Below are positions 47,505-61,179 of a DNA stretch of 64,000 bases, piece after piece. The notes beneath the pieces are model-generated. The model did not search any database. It was given only the letters and a program-made list of their open reading frames with translations, and was not told where the DNA came from. The DNA is from Mytilus californianus (lineage: Eukaryota). The stretch is from positions 14,508,001 through 14,572,000 of the forward strand of contig NW_026262593.1 in the NCBI RefSeq assembly GCF_021869535.1. The letters are read 5' to 3'. The position numbers were made by a program, and so were the translations under genes. Within the stretch, counting starts at the first letter, position 1; each line of letters starts with the position of its first letter.

Positions 47505-48030
47505 TTCTGTATAGATATGTGCTGTAAACAAACCAAAACTAATAAATCAACGGTTTTCATGAGTTGTGCTGATTGAAGGGAGCGACAATTGTCGAAACTG
47601 CTTACCATGATAGGAGAACCATTACTACGTTCAACGTCTCTCAGATAGTTTGTTTGACTTAATTACATCGCCAAACTGACAAAGTAAAGAGAAGATCGAA
47701 GTCAGTAAAGAGAACTATTGAAGTTAGTAATGAGAACTGAGCTATAAATATATAAGTTTTTTAAATAATCGTGATGAGTTATTTTAATTGTAATGACCCA
47801 AATACAAAGGTGGGTGTATATCCTTCAGCGTGACAAATCTATGTTGTTTGTTTGAAACCAAACAAGTTAACCTAATAACTACATATGAAAATAATTTTAA
47901 TAGTTACATATATAGATCAGTAGTCCTTTTTGACATGGGATCTTTTTAAGTGCAACTAACATGAGCAATGCATTTTGTAGCTGATCCACATTCCCGATAA
48001 TAGAATTTGTTTGGTGTTTCAAGAAAAAAT
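47505..48030. repeat. Diverged local segmental duplication, copy 1; carries a candidate 5' UTR exon at 47606-47675 on minus
   Basis: Aligns by eye with 49569-50080. Acceptor TTTACTTTGTCAG and donor TG|GTAAGC on minus. Confidence 0.75.
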
Positions 48031-48364
48031 ATCTCAACATGCTTAAATAATTCATGAACTTTTTCCTTGATTCTTGAATTCTGTAAAAAAAAAAAAAACC
48101 ACCAGTTTGGTTAATTATATGTATGTCTTAATAATTAAACTAATACAAACGTATTTAGAATATATCTTTATGATTTGTCATTGAAATTACACATTTTATG
48201 GGTGTTATGTTTTTACCAATCTTTTAATATAACTCAAACTTGTGTCAATCCTCTGGAAAAGACCAGTGGCAATAAGAAAGACATAAGAACTATCCTTTTT
48301 AGAAAGTCTTCTTTTTAGAAAGTGTCGAATGTTCAAAAACACTTTTTACGGAAAACAAATGTAA

Positions 48365-48940
48365 AAATAAAAAAGAAGATGTGGTATGATTGCCAATGAG
48401 ACAACTCTCCACAAGAGACCAAATGACACAGAAATTAACAACTATAGGTCACCGTACGGCCTTCAACAAAGCCCATACCGCACAGTCAGCTATAAAAGGC
48501 CCCGAAATGACAATGTAAAACAATTCAAACGAGAAAAGTAACGGCCTTATTTATGTACAAAAAATGAACGAAAAACAAATATGTAACATATAAACAAACG
48601 ACAACCACTGAATTACAGGCTCCTGACTTGGGACAGGCACATACATACATAATGGGGCGGGGTTAAACATGTTAGCGGGATCCCAACCCTCCCCCTTACC
48701 TGGGACAGTGGTGTAACAGTACAACATAAGAACGAACTATAAAAATCAGTTGAAAGAGGCTTAACTCATCAGATGGATAAAAATACAAATACTACAAATA
48801 CAAGTGGGCGTGGCCGGGTACTTGTACACCCAAACAACAAAAAGACACTAAGTACAGATCTGAGAGTACTCGCAATTACTGACAGCTAGTTCTAAGCCAC
48901 TAACAACTAATAAAAAAAATCATGCATCTAAGACTAAATA
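48365..48940 (+). repeat. Interspersed repeat family A, near full-length copy
   Basis: AAGAAGATGTGGTATGATTGCCAATGAGACAACTCTCC...CCTGACTTGGGACAGGCAC...ATGCATCTAAGACTAAA. Confidence 0.9.
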
Positions 48941-49568
48941 TAAAAGTCAATCCTCTGAAGATGACCAGTAGCGATTAGAAAGCTATGTGAGTAAAACAAT
49001 TTTGTAAACTTTTGCTCTCGATGGGTGTTTAGATAAAAGAATGCTTTTACATTAAAAAACATCTCTTAACTTTTAAAGTCTTGTTTTCATACAGACAAAA
49101 CCTGTGCATCAATCTCGTGTCTGAATATATAGTTATAAAAGGATTGAAAGGATTACTTTGTTCTGACGAATAATAAAGATATATCAAATGAATAAAATGT
49201 CCCAAACAAAAGCAAGAACCGGTTGATCCTTTGAAAATAATTGATAAAAAAGAAAAAAAAAATCTAAAATACTGGACAATACACTAGACCATATCAATCA
49301 CAAAAACCAGCTTCTCCGAAATCTAACTACCATACAAACAAGGAATAACAACATCAAGCATGTATATTAATGGTGATGAACATTATTTATAAACATGCAG
49401 ATATGTGACGTATCATTCAAATTTATGAATATACTTCGGCAGCATTTGATATTAATTGACTTATGTGTGTATGCATTTGTAGTGATTCTTAAGTATCTCT
49501 ACGACTGTATTTCTATGATTATGAAACTTACACTATAATAGATCATTAGATGAGCATATAAGAAACCC

Positions 49569-50080
49569 TCCTGTATAGATATTTGCTGTAAAAACAAAAC
49601 TGATAATAGTTTACATGAGTTCTGCTGATTAAAATGGAGTGACAAATGGTCTAATCAAAATGTTTTTTGATTTCTCTGAAAATCTAAATGTCTAAACTGC
49701 TTACCAGGATAGGATAGCCATTAATACGCTCAACTTTCTCTCAGATAGATTGCTTTCCTTAATTATCACGCCAAACTGAGATAGTAAAGAAAACTGACCT
49801 ATAAATATATATACTTTTTAAACTAATCGTGGTTTGTAATTTTAATTATAATGACCCTAATACAAATAAGAGTGTATAACAATAATTATATGTCTTTTAG
49901 CGTGACTGATTGCAATCTATGTTGTTTGTTTGAAATAAAACAAATCAACCTAGTATTTGCGTATATATATCAGTAACCTTTATTTTCAAATGGGACATTT
50001 CTAAGTGCAATGAACATTAAAAATGTATTTTATAGTTGATTCAAATTTCTGATAATATAATTTTGTTCGGTGTTCCTAAA
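49569..50080. repeat. Diverged local segmental duplication, copy 2; carries a candidate 5' UTR exon at 49705-49775 on minus
   Basis: Aligns with 47505-48030. Acceptor TTTACTATCTCAG and donor TG|GTAAGC retained. Confidence 0.75.
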
Positions 50081-50775
50081 CAAAACAAAAATAAATTTGA
50101 TTTCCTTAATTATCTCGCCCAACTGACAAACTAAAGAGAACTATTGAAGTCAGTAAAGAGAACTTTCGTGGTAAGCAGTTAAGACATTAAGATTTTCAGA
50201 GAAATCAAAAAACATTTTGTATTAAAACTTTGATCAGCAAAATGTTTTTTTTATAAAAAACCATTGATTTATAGTGCCTTACAAGATTTTGTGAGGTAGA
50301 CGAAATTGACCTTAAAACGATCCTATTGTATTTTGATGTCCAAACATAGGCATATTGGGCGTATTTTGACTGTATTAACTGACTACTTTTATTTAGGATT
50401 AATTGTAATTTTTTGTTGTTAAGATAAACAATAACTTTACCTGGCGTAAAATGTATTTCGGCATTTCTCTTCGAAAAATGACTTGTTTAATGGAATAAAA
50501 CGCCTGATTTGTAAACTTTCTCTTTTTTCTAGCGAATAAGATATTAAAAAATATTTTATCTTCTCTATATGTGGACAATTTTGTTAAAATATAAGAAGTG
50601 GCAATTCTTACCTTTCATACCTTTAGTTTCATTTGATAAAAAATAATACGGACTCGTCCAGTGTCCAGTTTGAAGGTCATTTAAGTTACTGTACACATTC
50701 ATGTAAGTTCTGATTTAATCAATATACATGTATGAAAAAAATAAACAGTTTGAAGGTAAACTACACAATTGTTTC

Positions 50776-53700
50776 ACTAGTGTCAAGCTATCCAGCAATT
50801 CTTTTTATTAAAAGCTGTCCTGCAATTCGTCATCCTGCAATTTCGTTTGGAAAACTACTTGAGCGACAATTTCATTTTTCTTTAAAATCATAGTTTTTGA
50901 CTTTTTTGTTCGAAAACAAGATTTTTATATCCCATTAACAAAATTCTAACTTTAGTTTGCAGATTTCTAACTAATATTTACGGTTTTCTAATTAGTATTT
51001 ACAATAAAAAAAAACCATGATGACAATTCAAACAAAGTATTATCTGTTTGGGTCCAGGATGTGATTCATATTAACGCATGTTAAACCCATATTTGCGATT
51101 TTCAAAACTCATCTTAACGATCGACTAAAAATATAGAATGTTCATGTAAATGAAATTTTTCATGGTATACCGACAATACAACTTCTATTTGAAACTGGAT
51201 CACCCACTTTCCAACCCATTGCCTCGGCAGTTCTGTATGGCTAGGGATTATAGACTCTGCTCTAATGAATAGATAATGGATAGTAATACGGCGGGACGGT
51301 AAAGAATTTCTGGGTTAAGCATTCTTAAAGGCCGGAAACTTCGTCCGCAACACGGGGAAAAAAACCTAATTCGATAAAATACGCATTGGCGACACCCACT
51401 ATCCAACCCATTGTCTCGGTTGTTCTTTATGGCTAGTGATTATAGAGGCTGCCATAATCAATAGCTATTAGATAGTACTACAACGTGAGGGTAAAGAATT
51501 TTCTGGGGTAAGCATTCTTAAAGGCCGAAAATTTCGTCCGTAACACGGAAAAAAGTCAAATTTGATAAAATACGCATTGGGCAATTTCCAACCCATTGCC
51601 TCGGCATTTCTGTATGGCTAGGGGTTAAAGACTCTGCTCTAATGAATAGCTATTGGATAGAACTACAGCGGGAGGGTAAAGAATTTCTGGGTTAAGCATT
51701 CTTAAAGGCCGAAAATTTCGTCCGAAACATGGAAATAAAGCCTAATTCGATAAAGTACGCATTGGCGACACCCACTTTCCAACCCATTGTCTCGGTTGTT
51801 TTTTATGGCTAGGGATTATAGACGCTGCCATAATCAATAGCTATTAGATAGAACTACAACGTGATGGTATAGAATTTCTGGGGAAGGCATTCTTAAAGGC
51901 CGAAAATTTCGTCCGTAACACGGAAATAAAGCCTATTTCGATACAATACGCATTGGGCAATTTCCAACCCATTGCCTCGGCAGTTCTGTATGGCTAGGGG
52001 TTATAGACTCTGCTCTAATGAATAGCTATTGGATAGAACTACAGCGGGAGGGTAAAGAATTTCTGGGTTAAGCATTCTTAAAGGCCGGAAACTTCGTCCG
52101 AAACATGGAAATAAAGCCTTATTCGATAAAGTACGCATTGGAGACACCCACTTTCGTACCCATTGTCTCGGTTGTTTTTTATAGCTAGGGATTATAGACG
52201 CTGCCATAATCAATAGCTATTAGATAGTACTACAACGTGAGGGTAAAGAATTTCTGGGGTAAGCATTCTTAAAGGCCGAAAAAATCGTCCGTAACACGGA
52301 AAAAAGTCAAATTTGATAAAATACGTATTGAGCAATTTCCAACCCATTGCCTCGGCAGTTCTGTATGGCTAGGGGTTATAGACTCTGCTCTAATGAATAG
52401 CTATTGGATAGAACTACAGCGGGAGGGTAAATAATTTCTGGGTTAAGCATTCTTAAAGGCCGAAAATTTCGTCCGAAACATGGAAATAAAGCCTATTTCG
52501 ATAAAGTACGCATTGGCGACACCCATTTTCCAACCTATTTTCTCGGTTGTTCTTTATAATTAGGGATTATAGACGCTGCCCTAATGAATAGCTATTGGAT
52601 AGTATTACAACAAGAGGGTAAATAATTTCTGGGGTAAGCATTCTCAAAGGCCGAAAATTTCGTCCGTAACACAGAAAAAAAAGTCAAATTTGACAAAATA
52701 CGCATTGGGCACTTTCCAAATCATTGCCTCGGTAGTTCTGTATGGCTACGGGGTTATAGACTCTGCTCTAATAAATAGCTATTGGATAGATCTACAGCGA
52801 GAGTGTAAAGAATTTCTGGGGTAAGCATTCTTAAAGGCCGAAAATTTCGTTCGAAACATGGAAATAAAGACTAATTCAATTAAATACGCATTGGCGACAC
52901 CCACTTTCCAACCCATTGTCTCGGTTGTTCTTTATGGCTAGGGATTATAGACGCTGCCCTAATGAATAGCTATTGGATAGTACTACAACTTGAGGGCAAC
53001 AAATTTTTGGGGTAAGCTGTCTAAAAGGCCGAAAATTCGTCCGTAACACAGAAAAAAAAGTCAAATTTGATAAAATACGCATTGGGCAATTTCCAAACCA
53101 TTGCCTCGGCAGTTCTTTATGGCTAGGGATTATAGACGCTGCCCTAATGAATATCTATTGGATAGTACTAAAACGGGAGGGTAAAGAATTTCTTGGATAA
53201 GCATTCTTTAAGGCCGGAAACTTCGTCCGTAACACGGGGAAAAAAGTCAATTTGATAAAATACGCATTGGGGTCACTCACTTTCCCATCCATTGCCTCGG
53301 CAGTTCTGTATGGCTAGGGTTTATAGACTCTGCTCTAATAAATAGCTATTGAATAGTACTTCAACGAGAGGGCAAAGAATTTCTGGAGTAAGCATTCCTA
53401 GAGGCCGAAAATTTCGTCCGAAACATGGAAATAAAACCTAATTCGATAAAATACGCATTGGCGACACCCACTTTCCAACCCATTTTCTCGGTTGTTCTTT
53501 ATGGCTAGTGATTATAGAGGCTGCCATAATCAATAGCTATTAGATAGTACTACAACGTGAGGGTAAAGAATTTCTGGGGTCAGCATTCTTAAAGGACGAA
53601 AATTTCGTCCGTAACACGGAAAAAAGTCAAATTTGATAAAATACACATTGGGCAATTTCCAACCCATTGCCTCGGCAGTTCTGTATGGCTAGGGGTTATA

Positions 53701-56700
53701 GACTCAGCTCTAATGAATAGCTATTGGATAGAACTACAGCGGGAGGGTAAAGAATTTCTGGGTTAAGCATTCTTAAAGGCCGAAAATTTCGTCCGAAACA
53801 TGGAAATAAAGCCTAATTCGATAAAGTACGCATTGGCGACACCCACTTTCCAACCCATTGTCTCGGTTGTTTTTTATGGCTAGGGATTATAGACGCTGCC
53901 ATAATCAATAGCTATTAGATAGTACTACAACGTGATGGTATAGAATTTCTGGGGAAGGCATTCTGAAAGGCCGAAAATTTCGTCCGTAACACGGAAATAA
54001 AGCCTAATTCGATACAATACGCATTGGGCAATTTCCAACCCATTGCCTCGGCAGTTCTGTATGGCTAGGAGTTATAGACTCTGCTCTAATGAATAGCTAT
54101 TGGATAGAACTACAGCGGGAGGGTAAAGAATTTCTGGGTTAAGCATTCTTAAAGGCCGAAAACTTCGTCCGAAACATGGAAATAAAGCCTTATTCGATAA
54201 AGTACGCATTGGAGACACCCACTTTCGTACCCATTGTCTCGGTTGTTTTTTATAGCTAGGGATTATAGACGCTGCCATAATCAATAGCTATTAGATAGTA
54301 CTACAACGTGAGGGTAAAGAATTTCTGGGGTAAGCATTCTTAAAGGCCGAAAATTTCGTCCGTAACACGGAAAAAAGTCAAATTTGATAAAATACGCATT
54401 GAGCAATTTCCAACCCATTGCCTCGGCAGTTCTGTATGGCTAGGGGTTATAGACTCTGCTCTAATGAATAGCTATTGGATAGAACTACAGCGGGAGGGTA
54501 AATAATTTCTGGCTTAAGCATTCTTAAAGGCCGAAAATTTCGTCCGAAATATGAAAATAAAGCCTATTTCGATAAAGTACGCATTGGCGACACCCACTTT
54601 CCAACCTATTGTCTCGGTTGTTCTTTATAATAAGGGATTATAGACGCTGCCCTAATGAATAGCTATTGAATAGTATTACAACGTGAGGGTAAATAATTTC
54701 TGGGGTAAGCATTCTCAAAGGACGAAAATTTCGTCCGTAACACAGAAAAAAAAGTCAAATTTGACAAAATACGCATTGGGCACTTTCCAAATCATTGCCT
54801 CGGTAGTTCTGTATGGCTACGGGGTTATAGACTCTGCTCTAATAAATAGCTATTGGATAGATCTACAGCGAGAGTGTAAAGAATTTCTGGGGTAAGCATT
54901 CTTAAAGGCCGAAAATTTCGTTCGAAACATGGAAATAAAGCCTAATTCAATTAAATACGCATTGGCGACACCCACTTTCCAACCCATTGTCTCGGTTGTT
55001 CTTTATGGCTAGGGATTATAGACGCTGCCCTAATGAATAGCTATTGGATAGTACTACAACGTGAGGGCAACTAATTTTTGGGGTAAGCTGTCAAAAAGGC
55101 CGAAAATTCGTCCGTAACACAGAAAAAAAAGTCAAATTTGATAAAATACGCATTGGGCAATTTCCAAACCATTGCCTCGGCAGTTCTTTATGGCAAGGGA
55201 TTATAGACGCTGCCCTAATGAATATCTATTGGATAGTACTAAAACGGGAGGGTAAAGAATTTCTTGGATAAGCATTCTTAAAGGCCAAAAACTTCGTCCG
55301 TAACACGGGGAAAAAAGTCAAATTTGATAAAATACGCATTGGGGTCACCCACTTTCCGACCCATTGCCTCGGCAGTTCTGTATGGCTAGGAATTATAGAC
55401 TCTGCTCTAATAAATAGCTATTGGATAGTACTACAACGAGAGGGCAAAGAATTTCTGGGGTAAGCATTCCTAGAGGCCGAAAATTTCGTCCGAAACATGG
55501 AAATAAAGCCTAATTCGATAAAATACGCATTGGCGACACCCACTATCCAACCCATTGTCTCGGTTGTTCTTTATGGCTAGGGCTTATAGCCGCTGCCCTA
55601 ATGAATAGCTATTGGATAGTACTACAACGTGAGGGAAATAATCTCTCGGGTAAGCATTCTTAAAGGCCAAAAATTTCGTCCGTAACACGGAAAAAAAGTC
55701 AAATTTGATAAAATACGCATTGGGTAATTTCCAACCCATTGCCTCGGTAGTTCCTTTATGGCTAGGGGTTATAGACTCTGCTCTAATGAATAGCTATTGG
55801 ATAGTACTACAGCGGGAGGGTAAAGAATTTCTGGGGTAAGCATTCTTAAAGGCCGAAAATTTCGCTCGAAACATAGAAATAAAGCCAAATTCGATTAAAT
55901 ACGCGTTGGGGACATCCACTTTCCAACCCATTGTCTCGGTTGTTCATTATGGTTAGGGATTATAGACGCTGCCCTAATGAATAGGTATTGGATAGAACTA
56001 CAATTTGAGAATAAAGAATTTCTGGGGTAAGCATTCTGAAAGGCCGAAAATTTCGTCCGTAACACGGAAAAAAGTCAAATTTGATAAAATACGCATTGGG
56101 CACTTTCCAACCTATTGCCTCGGCAGTTCTGTATGGTTAGGGATTATAGACTCTGCTCTAATAAATAGCTATTGGATAGTACTACAGCGGGAGGGTAAAG
56201 AATTTCTGGGGTAAGCATTCTTAAAGGCCGAACATTTCGCTCGAAACATAGAAATAAAGCCAAATTCGATTAAATACGCGTTGGGGACATCCACTTTCCG
56301 ACCCATTGTCTCGGTTGTTCTTTATGGCTAGGGATTATAGACGCTGCCCTAATGAATAGCTATTGGATAGAACTACAACTTGAGGATAAAGAATTTCTAG
56401 GGTAAGCATTCTGAAAGGCCGAAAATTTCGTCCGTAACACGGAAAAAAGTCAAATTTGATAAAATACGCATTGGGTATTTTCCAACCTATTGCCTTGGCA
56501 GTTCTGTATGGTTAGGGATTATAGACTCTGCTCTAATAAATAGCTAATGGATAGAAATACAGCGGGAGGGTAAAGAATTTCTGGGGTAAGCATTCTTAAA
56601 GGCCGAAAATTTCGCTCGAAACATAGAAATAAAGCCAAATTCGATTAAATACGCGTTGGCGACACCCACTTTCCGACCCATTGTCTTGGTTGTTCTTTAT

Positions 56701-58293
56701 GGCTAGGGATTATAGACGCTGCCCTAATGAATAGCTATTGGATAGTACTACAACGTGAGGGCAACAAATTTTTGGGGTAAGCTGTCTAAAAGGCCGAAAA
56801 TTCGTCCGTAACACAGAAAAAAAAGTCAAATTTGATAAAATACGCATTGGGCAATTTCCAAACCATTGCCTCGGCAGTTCTTTATGGCTAGGGATTATAG
56901 ACGCTGCCCTAATGAATATCTATTGGATAGTACTAAAACGGGAGGGTAAAGAATTTCTTGGATAAGCATTCTTAAAGGCCGAAAACTTCGTCCGTAACAC
57001 GGGGAAAAAAGTCAAATTTGATAAAATACGCATTGGGGTCACCCAATTTCCGACCCATTGCCTCGGCAGTTCTGTATGGCTAGGGATTATAGACTCTGCT
57101 CTAATAAATAGCTATTGGATAGTAATACAACGAGAGGGCAAAGAATTTCTGGGGTAAGCATTCCTAGAGGCCGAAAATTTCGTCCGAAACATGGAAATAA
57201 AGCCTAATTCGATAAAATACGCATTGGCGACACCCACTATCCAACCCATTGTCTCGGTTGTTCTTTATGGCTAGGGATTATAGCCGCTGCCCTAATGAAT
57301 AGCTATTGGATAGTACTACAACGTGAGGGTAAATAATCTCTCGGGTAAGCATTCTTAAAGGCCAAAAATTTCGTCCGTAACACGGAAAAAAAGTCAAATT
57401 TGATAAAATACGCATTGGGTAATTTCCAACCCATTGCCTCGGAAGTCATGTGTGGCTTGGGGTTATAGACTGCACTAATGAATAGCTATTGGATAGTACT
57501 ACAGCGGGAGGGTAAGGAATTTCTGGGGTAAGCATTCTTAAAGGCCGAAAATTTCGCTGGAAACATAGAAATAAAGCCAAATTCGATTAAATACGCGTTG
57601 GGGACATCCACTTTCCGACCCATTGTCTCGGTTGTTCATTATGGCTAGGGATTATAGACGCTGCCCTAATGAATAGCTATTGGATAGTACTACAACTTGA
57701 GGATAAAGAATTTTTAGGGTAAGCATTCTGAAAGGCCGAAAATTTCGTCCGTAACACGGAAAAAAGTCAAATTTGATAAAATACGCATTGGGTATTTTCC
57801 AACCTATTGCCTTGGCAGTTCTGTATGGTTAGGGATTATAGACTCTGCTCTAATAAATAGCTAATGGATAGAACTACAGCGGGAGGGTAAAGAATTTCTG
57901 GGGTAAGCATTCTTAAAGGCCGAAAATTATCTCGAAACATAGAAATAAAGCCAAATTCGATTAAATACGCGTTGGGGACACCCACTTTCCGACCCATTGT
58001 CTCGGTTGTTCTTTATGGCTAGGGATTATAGACGCTGCCCTTAATGAATAGCTATTGGATAGTACTACAACGTGAGGATAAAGAATTTTTGGCCTTTAAA
58101 AAGCCTTACCCCAGAAATTATTTACCCTCACGTTGTAATTTCGAACAAAAAAAGTCAAAAACTATGATTTTAAAGAAAAATAAAATTGTCGCTCAAGTAG
58201 TTTTCCAAACGCAATTGCAGGATGACGAATTGCAGGATAGCTTTTTATAAAGAGAATTGCAGGATGAGAATTGCTGGATAGCTTGACACTAGT
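50776..58293. mobile_element. Non-autonomous Mutator/foldback-like TIR element (7518 bp) carrying a satellite array
   Basis: TIRs at 50776-50915 and 58139-58293 (ACTAGTGTCAAGCTATCCAGCAATTC..., with internal ATCCTGCAATTC subrepeats). Perfect 9-bp TSD AATTGTTTC at 50767-50775 and 58294-58302. No transposase ORF. Confidence 0.92.
51200..58090. repeat. Satellite array of about 36-37 monomers alternating about 184 and 191 bp, with 11-mer and 9-mer higher-order repeats
   Basis: GGCC spacing 193, 184, 191, 185, 191, 184, 191. An identical ORF recurs 2071 bp apart (52001 and 54072). The TACTAAAACGGG marker recurs at +2071 and then +1694. Confidence 0.97.
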
Positions 58294-58302
58294 AATTGTT
58301 TC

Positions 58303-58620
58303 AGGTTAGGGTGAATGTTGGCGCCTATCAAAACGTTTAAACCCGCTGCATTTGTTTGCACCTCTTAAGTCAGGAACAGTTATGATGTGGTTCTTTAGTG
58401 TTTCTCGTTTCTCGTTTTAATAATAGATTAGACCGTTGGTTTTCCAGTTTGAATGGTTTTACACTAGTCATTTTTTAGGCCCTTTATAGCTTCTGTTCGG
58501 TGTGAGCGAAGGCTCTGTGTTGAAGGCCGTACTTTGACCTATAATTGTTTACTTTTACAAATTGTGACTTGGATGGAGAGTTGTCTCATTGGCACTCATA
58601 CCACATCTTCTTATATCTAT
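58303..58620 (-). repeat. Interspersed repeat family A copy, apparently interrupted by the satellite-carrying element
   Basis: Begins AGGTTAGGG directly after the TSD and ends GTCTCATTGGCACTCATACCACATCTTCTTATATCT. Confidence 0.85.
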
Positions 58621-60429
58621 TTACTAATAATAACTTAATCCAATCAAATTGCCTAAGACTCAATAACAATGATCGGTCCACATCAAAATAAGTAATAGGG
58701 GTAAACTGGGTAGGGAGAAAATGACAGATATTTTAAGTTCATTTTTTGTAATAACGAATAAAAATTTGTCAACCAAAAGTTTTGCTATAATTTCAAAAAC
58801 ATGTTCAGTATTGGTATAGTTTTCTGATCTTTCATTTGCGTATTTAAGGTACTAAAAAGTTTTGTCTTCAAAAGTCTACATAGTTATTGATTTTATACAG
58901 ACAAATCGCCCTTTTATAACATTTAATGTTTCACATATAATACATGGATACAAAGTAAAATCATCTTTTAAAACACTGCAAAAAATTTCATTCTGATTGG
59001 TATAGTGGTATTGTCATAAAGTGCGATGACATGAACCGTGGTATAGCAAACATTGAATTCCTTCACAAAATGTTACCACGCATTATAGCAGGTCGGGAAC
59101 TCTACCTTATATGGATATGCATAAATTAGTATACTAATATCCTCACAAATATAACTGTTTATTTACGTAAGACGCATTTTTTACCTGGGTTTTGACCAAT
59201 CCAAAAATAATGATCTTCTGCCATGTATACAAAGGCCGTTGGTTATTTATCACATTTGCAAGAAGCTTTATGTACCTCCCATGTCAAAATTTCATTCTCT
59301 GTACAGCTTATATTTGGTAACATTTGTTATAAACCCCTATCCAAACCAGTTTAAAGTTATAGCTATCATCTCGGATATTGCCAGTCACAGAAATTTCAGA
59401 CCGGTTCCCATCGCTAAAGATGAAAAGGGTAAAATGTCCTTTCTTAAACTTTATTTGCCCACAACAGTATCAATGCAATCAAATTGGGCAATATCCTTCT
59501 TCATAAATCAGTTCACTGGAAAGTTCCGCCTTGCTTTAGACATGGTTTGTCACTCTGTCTTTGACTAATGAGTTTTGATTGTTCTAAAAAAAATTTGTCA
59601 TATTTCGTGTCATGTTTTCAGTGTATCATTCGTATCTACTTATTCTTTATCATCAACATAAATCAATGAATAGAAAGATCGTAAAGGTATTTCTTGATGT
59701 GTTGCTACTTATTTCGTGTAATATGTACTTAATCAATTTTTAAAATGTATAAAGCAAAATTATCTATCAGATCTCCTGGTTCCTCTGATAACTTATACAA
59801 AGTCGAAAACATAGATAGTTGTTTCTTTAATGGTATTTGTTACCAACCAATAGTTCATTGAACTAATACATTTTGAAAAACAAAACATTAATCCAAAGAT
59901 TAAAACGCATTCGAAAACAAACAAGAAAGAGATGATATCGAGGTAGCAATCAAAAATTCGTATACAAACAGACAAAACCATGACCAAAAGAACTCGACAA
60001 AAATAGCAATTTGGACAAAACAGCCATGAAAACTCCTTGATTCAACGATTTTACATAAAATCAACATTGTACAACAAATCTTTTTGCTACAATATATGTA
60101 CAGGAAATAAAGAGAACAGATATTCGTTTAGCTGCAATATAAAATAAAAATACTTTTCCATAACATATGGTGAACATCTTCCACTTCGAGCGACTCCAAA
60201 AGAAATCTTAAACAATGCCTTTGTCATTTGTATAAAGATTTTTTAATTAAATGACACTGGTGTTAATTGAACAAAAACAGTGCAGTTAATCGCAGGCTGT
60301 CTCACATTGATGATTTGCTGTTCCTTGCTTGTTCCGAAACTACAATTATTTGATGTCACATTTAATGACATTGTTTCATTTTCATTGTGAAGTTAAAAAA
60401 TCTACATAAAGTAAAATAACAATAAAAAA

Positions 60430-60735
60430 ACAAACCCGAACTCCATTTGAAATTCAAAATGGAAAGTACTTTATAAAATGGCAAAACCAAAAGCTTAAAC
60501 ACATCAAACGAATGGAAAACAACTATCATATTCTTGACTTGATACAGGCATTTCCCTATGTAGAAAATGGTGGATCAAACTTGGTTTTATCGCTAGCTGA
60601 ACTCTCACTTGTAGGACAGTTGCATAGAATTCCATTATATTGACAACAATGTGTGAGGAAAACAAACAGACATAATAGGTGAAAATGTCAAAAATTGGGG
60701 TACAGCAGTCAACAGTGTAATATAATCTTAATCAA
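60430..60735 (+). repeat. Interspersed repeat family C copy
   Basis: Reverse complement of 45880-46235. Confidence 0.8.
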
Positions 60736-61179
60736 TATAAAACTAATAACTATTTCAACAAAGAAAAACACATTGGCTTATCGACACGCTATAGACAAAG
60801 TACATAAGCAAAAATGAAAGACAAGAATAGAAAATTGACCATAGCACAAAAACACAACACGGGATGTATAAGTACCGAGCCACGCCAAAAGTATTACTAA
60901 AAAATGGAATAAACAGTAACGGTTAAAAATGTACAAGGACAAATAAAAAGACTACTATAACACGTAACTAAGACGCTCCTGATAACTGATGAAGGTAATT
61001 CGAAAACGCGCTTCGGGCGCACGAAATTAATAAAGTGCTATATTCATTAACAATATTCACTTAAACTTTTAATATATATGATACGAACTTAAGACATCAT
61101 GTTGAATAACCGACAAATAAATGATGACAGAAAAGAAAACCGGTTAATAAAATAACATTTATTGATGTAGGTGAGACTG

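Noticed and set aside
52001-58250. Repeated 68-70-aa ORFs in the satellite
   Set aside because: Chance frames in tandem DNA, useful only as period markers. I also could not match the monomer to any published Mytilus satellite from memory, so no name is given.
59239-59568. 109-aa plus ORF and a minus-strand exon-like stretch near 59290-59415
   Set aside because: There is an acceptor-like site but no consistent partner exons or recognisable motif.
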